From positions 2,784,001 through 2,848,000 of the forward strand of contig CBDFIJ010000004.1 of the NCBI GenBank assembly GCA_965248055.1: a DNA stretch of 64,000 nt. Direction: 5' to 3'. The notes below the pieces were generated by a model. That model searched no databases. It saw only the letters and a program-made list of their open reading frames with translations, and was not told the DNA's origin. Positions within the stretch are counted from its first letter, which is position 1, and the number at the start of each line of letters is the position of its first letter. Source of the stretch: Candidatus Multivoradales bacterium. Its GTDB lineage: Bacteria > Acidobacteriota > Thermoanaerobaculia > Multivoradales > JAHEKO01. Positions 60,951 through 64,000 of the stretch are shown in pieces. The translations under genes and the position numbers were made by a program.

Positions 60951-60972
60951 TCCTACCGATCGTTCGGTAGGA
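60951..60972. promoter_or_regulatory. Palindromic operator, likely bound by the adjacent TetR regulator
   Basis: TCCTACCGA-TCGT-TCGGTAGGA (perfect 9-bp arms) just upstream of the tetR start. Confidence 0.75.
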
Positions 60973-60982
60973 TTTGCGGCCC

Positions 60983-61603
60983 ATGACCTCGAAGGCCAAC
61001 AGTCCCAAGCCAAACACTTTGGAGACCTTGCGCAGCACCGCTTCGATGCTTTTTTCGCAGCGTGGTTATGCGGGCACTTCGATGTCTCGAATCGCAGAAT
61101 CGGTGGGGGTGCGCAAGGCGAGTCTGTACAACTACTACGACTCCAAAGAAGCGCTTTTGGAGGACTTAGTCGAGCGGGGGATGGAAGCGTGGAGTGAGGC
61201 TTGCCACGGCTGCTTGGAAGGTGCGGAAAACCCGCCGGAGCAATTGCGCACCTATTTCTACGCCATCTTCGCTTTTGTCGACGCTCATCCGGAGACCGCG
61301 GCGTTGATCCGAGTGGCCTCGATGCAGATCGGCGGTGCCTTGGGCGAGCATTTTCGTCGGCCGGTGCTGGAGGAAAAGGAACAGATGGTCAACGATGTTG
61401 CCAGGTTGTGCCAAGTGGCGATGAAACGGGGCCAGATGGCGCCGGCCAATCCGCGCGAACTGGCTCTCTTTTGGACCGCCACAGTGGACGGTATTTTGAT
61501 CGACAAACTCTTTGCAACTGCGTGGGCGCGGGAATATCAAGAGGGGCTTGAAAAACTGTGGCAACGATTGTGGGTGGCGGTGGGAGGCGTAGATGCGTCA
61601 TAG
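60983..61603 (+). CDS. TetR/AcrR family transcriptional regulator
   Basis: LFSQRGYAGTSMSRIAESVGVRKASLYNYYDSKEAL. Confidence 0.95.
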   Translation: MTSKANSPKPNTLETLRSTASMLFSQRGYAGTSMSRIAESVGVRKASLYNYYDSKEALLEDLVERGMEAWSEACHGCLEGAENPPEQLRTYFYAIFAFVDAHPETAALIRVASMQIGGALGEHFRRPVLEEKEQMVNDVARLCQVAMKRGQMAPANPRELALFWTATVDGILIDKLFATAWAREYQEGLEKLWQRLWVAVGGVDAS

Positions 61604-62966
61604 ATGGATGGTCCTAGGAATCGCTGGTTGGGTTCTTGTCGGCGGGTTGCAATTGACCGCCAGGATGCAGGCTCAGGAAGGTCCGTGGGATCTGGGCGAT
61701 GTCGTCGGTAGAGCTTGGGAGTCCAATCCGGCCTATCTGGCGGTGCAAGAGCAATTGGTCGAAGTGCAGGCGGGAATCGACCAAGCGTGGTCATCTGCCT
61801 ATCCACAGATCACGCTCAAATCGAACTGGAATCAGTCTCGCAACCCGGCTCTTCTCAACAGTCCTGATTTTGAAAATTTTGTAACCCAGTTCCCCGGTGC
61901 CTTCACGCCGCGGGTTCAGGAGCTGTTCACGATCGGCTTCGATATCGAACAGACGGTCTATTCGTGGGGCAAAGTGGGCGCTGGGATCAAGGCAGCCGAG
62001 CAGGCCCTGGCAGCCACTCACTCTGGGGTAGAGGTGGCCAAACTGGACGTTGCACGGATTGCTGCACACAACTACTTCGAGGTCCTCGCTGCTAGCGCTC
62101 GGCGAGAGACCGTTGCCCAACAGCAAGCGGTACGCGAAGAGGCGCTCGCGGTAGTTGAGGCGCGCTTTGAGGTCGAAGAGGCCACCGAGCTGGAGCGTTT
62201 GCGCGCTCGGGCTTCATTGGCTCAGGTTGCGCCCAACGTTGCCGCAGTAGACGGGCAAGTGCGGGCGGCCCGAGCCAACCTGCGAGCAGTGCTGGGTTGG
62301 ACCTCGGATCTTCCTGAACTAATCCAAACCGAAAGTGAGCTGCCGCAGATTGGCAGCGACGGGATTCTGATTGGTCGGGCGATTACTCATCGACCCGAGA
62401 TCCGACTGATCGACGCTGACCTGGAGTTTGTGAGATTACGTTCGGTGATCAGCCGTGCCGGTCGCAAGCCGCAAATCGACCTGACCGGCAATATTGGCAG
62501 GCAGGTAGCAGACCCCGACAATTTCTCGGACGACCTCTACGACGATTGGCGGGTTGGCATCGGTCTCGATTGGAGCCTGTTCGACGGTGGGATGCGCGAG
62601 AGTGAGGCTGCACGATTTGACAGCCAGCGTCGTCGTCGTCGATTGGATCGTTTGGCAGCGGTGTTGGGTATTCAAGCGGAGGTCGAGAGTTCGGCGGCAG
62701 TCTATCGGGCCAGCTTGGCGGGACTGGAAGCTGCTCAGGTGGCGGCGCAGGCTGCGGGAGAGGCAGCACGGGTAGGCCAGGAGGCGTACGCAGAGGGCGT
62801 GGCGTTGCAGGCCGATTTGCTGGACGCGCAACAGGTGCAAGCCGTCGCAGACTTAGTCGAAGTCGAGGCTCGGTTTACCGCCTGGAAGGCTTGGGCTGAT
62901 GTTTGTAGGGCGGTGGGAACCGACGCTACCGACAGGGACTGGGTCTCCGATTGGGTGTCTGAATGA
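61593..62966 (+). CDS. TolC family outer-membrane efflux protein
   Basis: Signal peptide, A.ESNP, YPQI, RPE, W.LFDGG and a Y.EG...DLLDAQ repeat pattern. Confidence 0.9.
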   Translation: MRHRWMVLGIAGWVLVGGLQLTARMQAQEGPWDLGDVVGRAWESNPAYLAVQEQLVEVQAGIDQAWSSAYPQITLKSNWNQSRNPALLNSPDFENFVTQFPGAFTPRVQELFTIGFDIEQTVYSWGKVGAGIKAAEQALAATHSGVEVAKLDVARIAAHNYFEVLAASARRETVAQQQAVREEALAVVEARFEVEEATELERLRARASLAQVAPNVAAVDGQVRAARANLRAVLGWTSDLPELIQTESELPQIGSDGILIGRAITHRPEIRLIDADLEFVRLRSVISRAGRKPQIDLTGNIGRQVADPDNFSDDLYDDWRVGIGLDWSLFDGGMRESEAARFDSQRRRRRLDRLAAVLGIQAEVESSAAVYRASLAGLEAAQVAAQAAGEAARVGQEAYAEGVALQADLLDAQQVQAVADLVEVEARFTAWKAWADVCRAVGTDATDRDWVSDWVSE

Positions 62967-63010
62967 GTGAGCAGGGGTTGAAGTTAGACCGGAAGAGAAG
63001 GAGCCGTAGT

Positions 63011-64000
63011 ATGAAGCGCCACACTTGGCTGGGTGTCATGACGATATTGCTCGTTGCCTGCGGGGGCCGAGAAGAGAGCGCCCCTGCCGAGGAAACGGTG
63101 ACCGAAGTTGGGGTGATCGAGATTGCACCCCAGGAAATTGTTGATTGGGCGGTTCTTCCGGCAGATCTGATCGCCGATCGCAAAGCGACGCTGGCGGCCG
63201 AAGTGCCGGGTCGGGTCGAGCAGATGCGGGTTGAGGTGGGAGACCAACTGACCCGCGGAATGACCATCGCCTCGGTGGATCGTCGGGTCTTTGCGCAACA
63301 AGTCGCTGAGGCCGAGGCTTACCAAAGGCAGGCTGCCGAGGATGCTCAACGAGCGGAGAAATTATTTGAGAAACGTTCGATTACCCGGCAGCGTTTGACG
63401 GCAGCGCAGACCGGTCTCAACGTTGCCGATGCGCGCTTGGCGTCCGCTCGCTTGACTTTGGACAAATCGACCCTTCGCGCCCCCTGGAGCGGCCGGGTTT
63501 CCGGGCGCTGGGCGGAAGCGGGGGACTACCTGCAGCCCGGCCAACCGGTGGTCGAGTTGGTGTCGGATAGGAAACTCAAAGTGCGGGCACCGGTGGCGGC
63601 ACCTGACGCACCATTGATCAAGCTTGGAATGCCGGTGGAGGTAACCGTCGAAGGGTTTGGTACAGAAATTTTCCGCGGCGAGATCGTCCGGGTTGGTGCA
63701 ACCCTAGACATCGCTTCTCGGACTCTGCAGTTGGAGGCCGAAATCGACAATAGCGAAGGTCGACTCAAGGCTGGCATGTACGGTCAATTGCGATTTCCGC
63801 GTCGAAAATTCGAACAAGCGGTGGCGGTTCCCCTTGGTTCTTTGATCGACACCGAGACCGGCAAACTGCTCTATCTGGTGGATTCCGATGGGGTGGTCCG
63901 ACGGGTCGATCCGGAGCTGGGTTCGATCATCGGTGACCAAGTGATTCTGCTCAACGGCGTGGTGGCTGGCGATCGGGTGGTGGTGGAAGGCCAATATCGT
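63011..64000 (+). CDS. RND efflux periplasmic adaptor lipoprotein, 3'-truncated (absent from the ORF track)
   Basis: An AAGGAG RBS and MKRHTWLGVMTILLVAC lipobox, then AEVPGRV...VEVGD, LRAPWSG, SRT and LKAGMY. The frame is open to the window end. Confidence 0.92.
   Translation, partial: MKRHTWLGVMTILLVACGGREESAPAEETVTEVGVIEIAPQEIVDWAVLPADLIADRKATLAAEVPGRVEQMRVEVGDQLTRGMTIASVDRRVFAQQVAEAEAYQRQAAEDAQRAEKLFEKRSITRQRLTAAQTGLNVADARLASARLTLDKSTLRAPWSGRVSGRWAEAGDYLQPGQPVVELVSDRKLKVRAPVAAPDAPLIKLGMPVEVTVEGFGTEIFRGEIVRVGATLDIASRTLQLEAEIDNSEGRLKAGMYGQLRFPRRKFEQAVAVPLGSLIDTETGKLLYLVDSDGVVRRVDPELGSIIGDQVILLNGVVAGDRVVVEGQYR

Overview
This is bacterial chromosomal DNA of moderately high GC, probably from a diderm organism. 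The protein styles suggest an Acidobacteriota-like host, but this is inference only. In order, the window holds a 5'-truncated BamA/TamA-family gene, a sulfotransferase remnant, a methyltransferase, an IS481-like element and a CIRCE-controlled groES-groEL operon. Next is a ~45 kb surface-polysaccharide locus (7.4-53 kb). It contains many GT2/GT4 genes, three GT-C-like membrane proteins, PglF/DegT/PglC-like and WbpP/WbpA-like sugar enzymes, three further methyltransferase domains, an inverted lower-GC wzm-wzt cassette, wza, a frameshifted wzc, a PHP phosphatase, two O-antigen ligase/Wzy-like genes, VanZ and a nucleotidyltransferase. The window ends with metF, a second IS481-like element interrupted by an IS5-family element, a SAM-I/IV riboswitch ahead of metH, an S26-like peptidase and the start of a TetR-TolC-RND efflux operon. 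The main finding is that the two divergent IS481-like elements share one insertion geometry: right end (ACA), a 5-bp target duplication, then the TTGAC -35 box of a sigma70-type promoter (groES and metH). In one element the transposase has no stop codon of its own and uses the TGA inside that -35 box. This points to a promoter-targeting IS group. All calls were made by eye from motifs, with no database searches.
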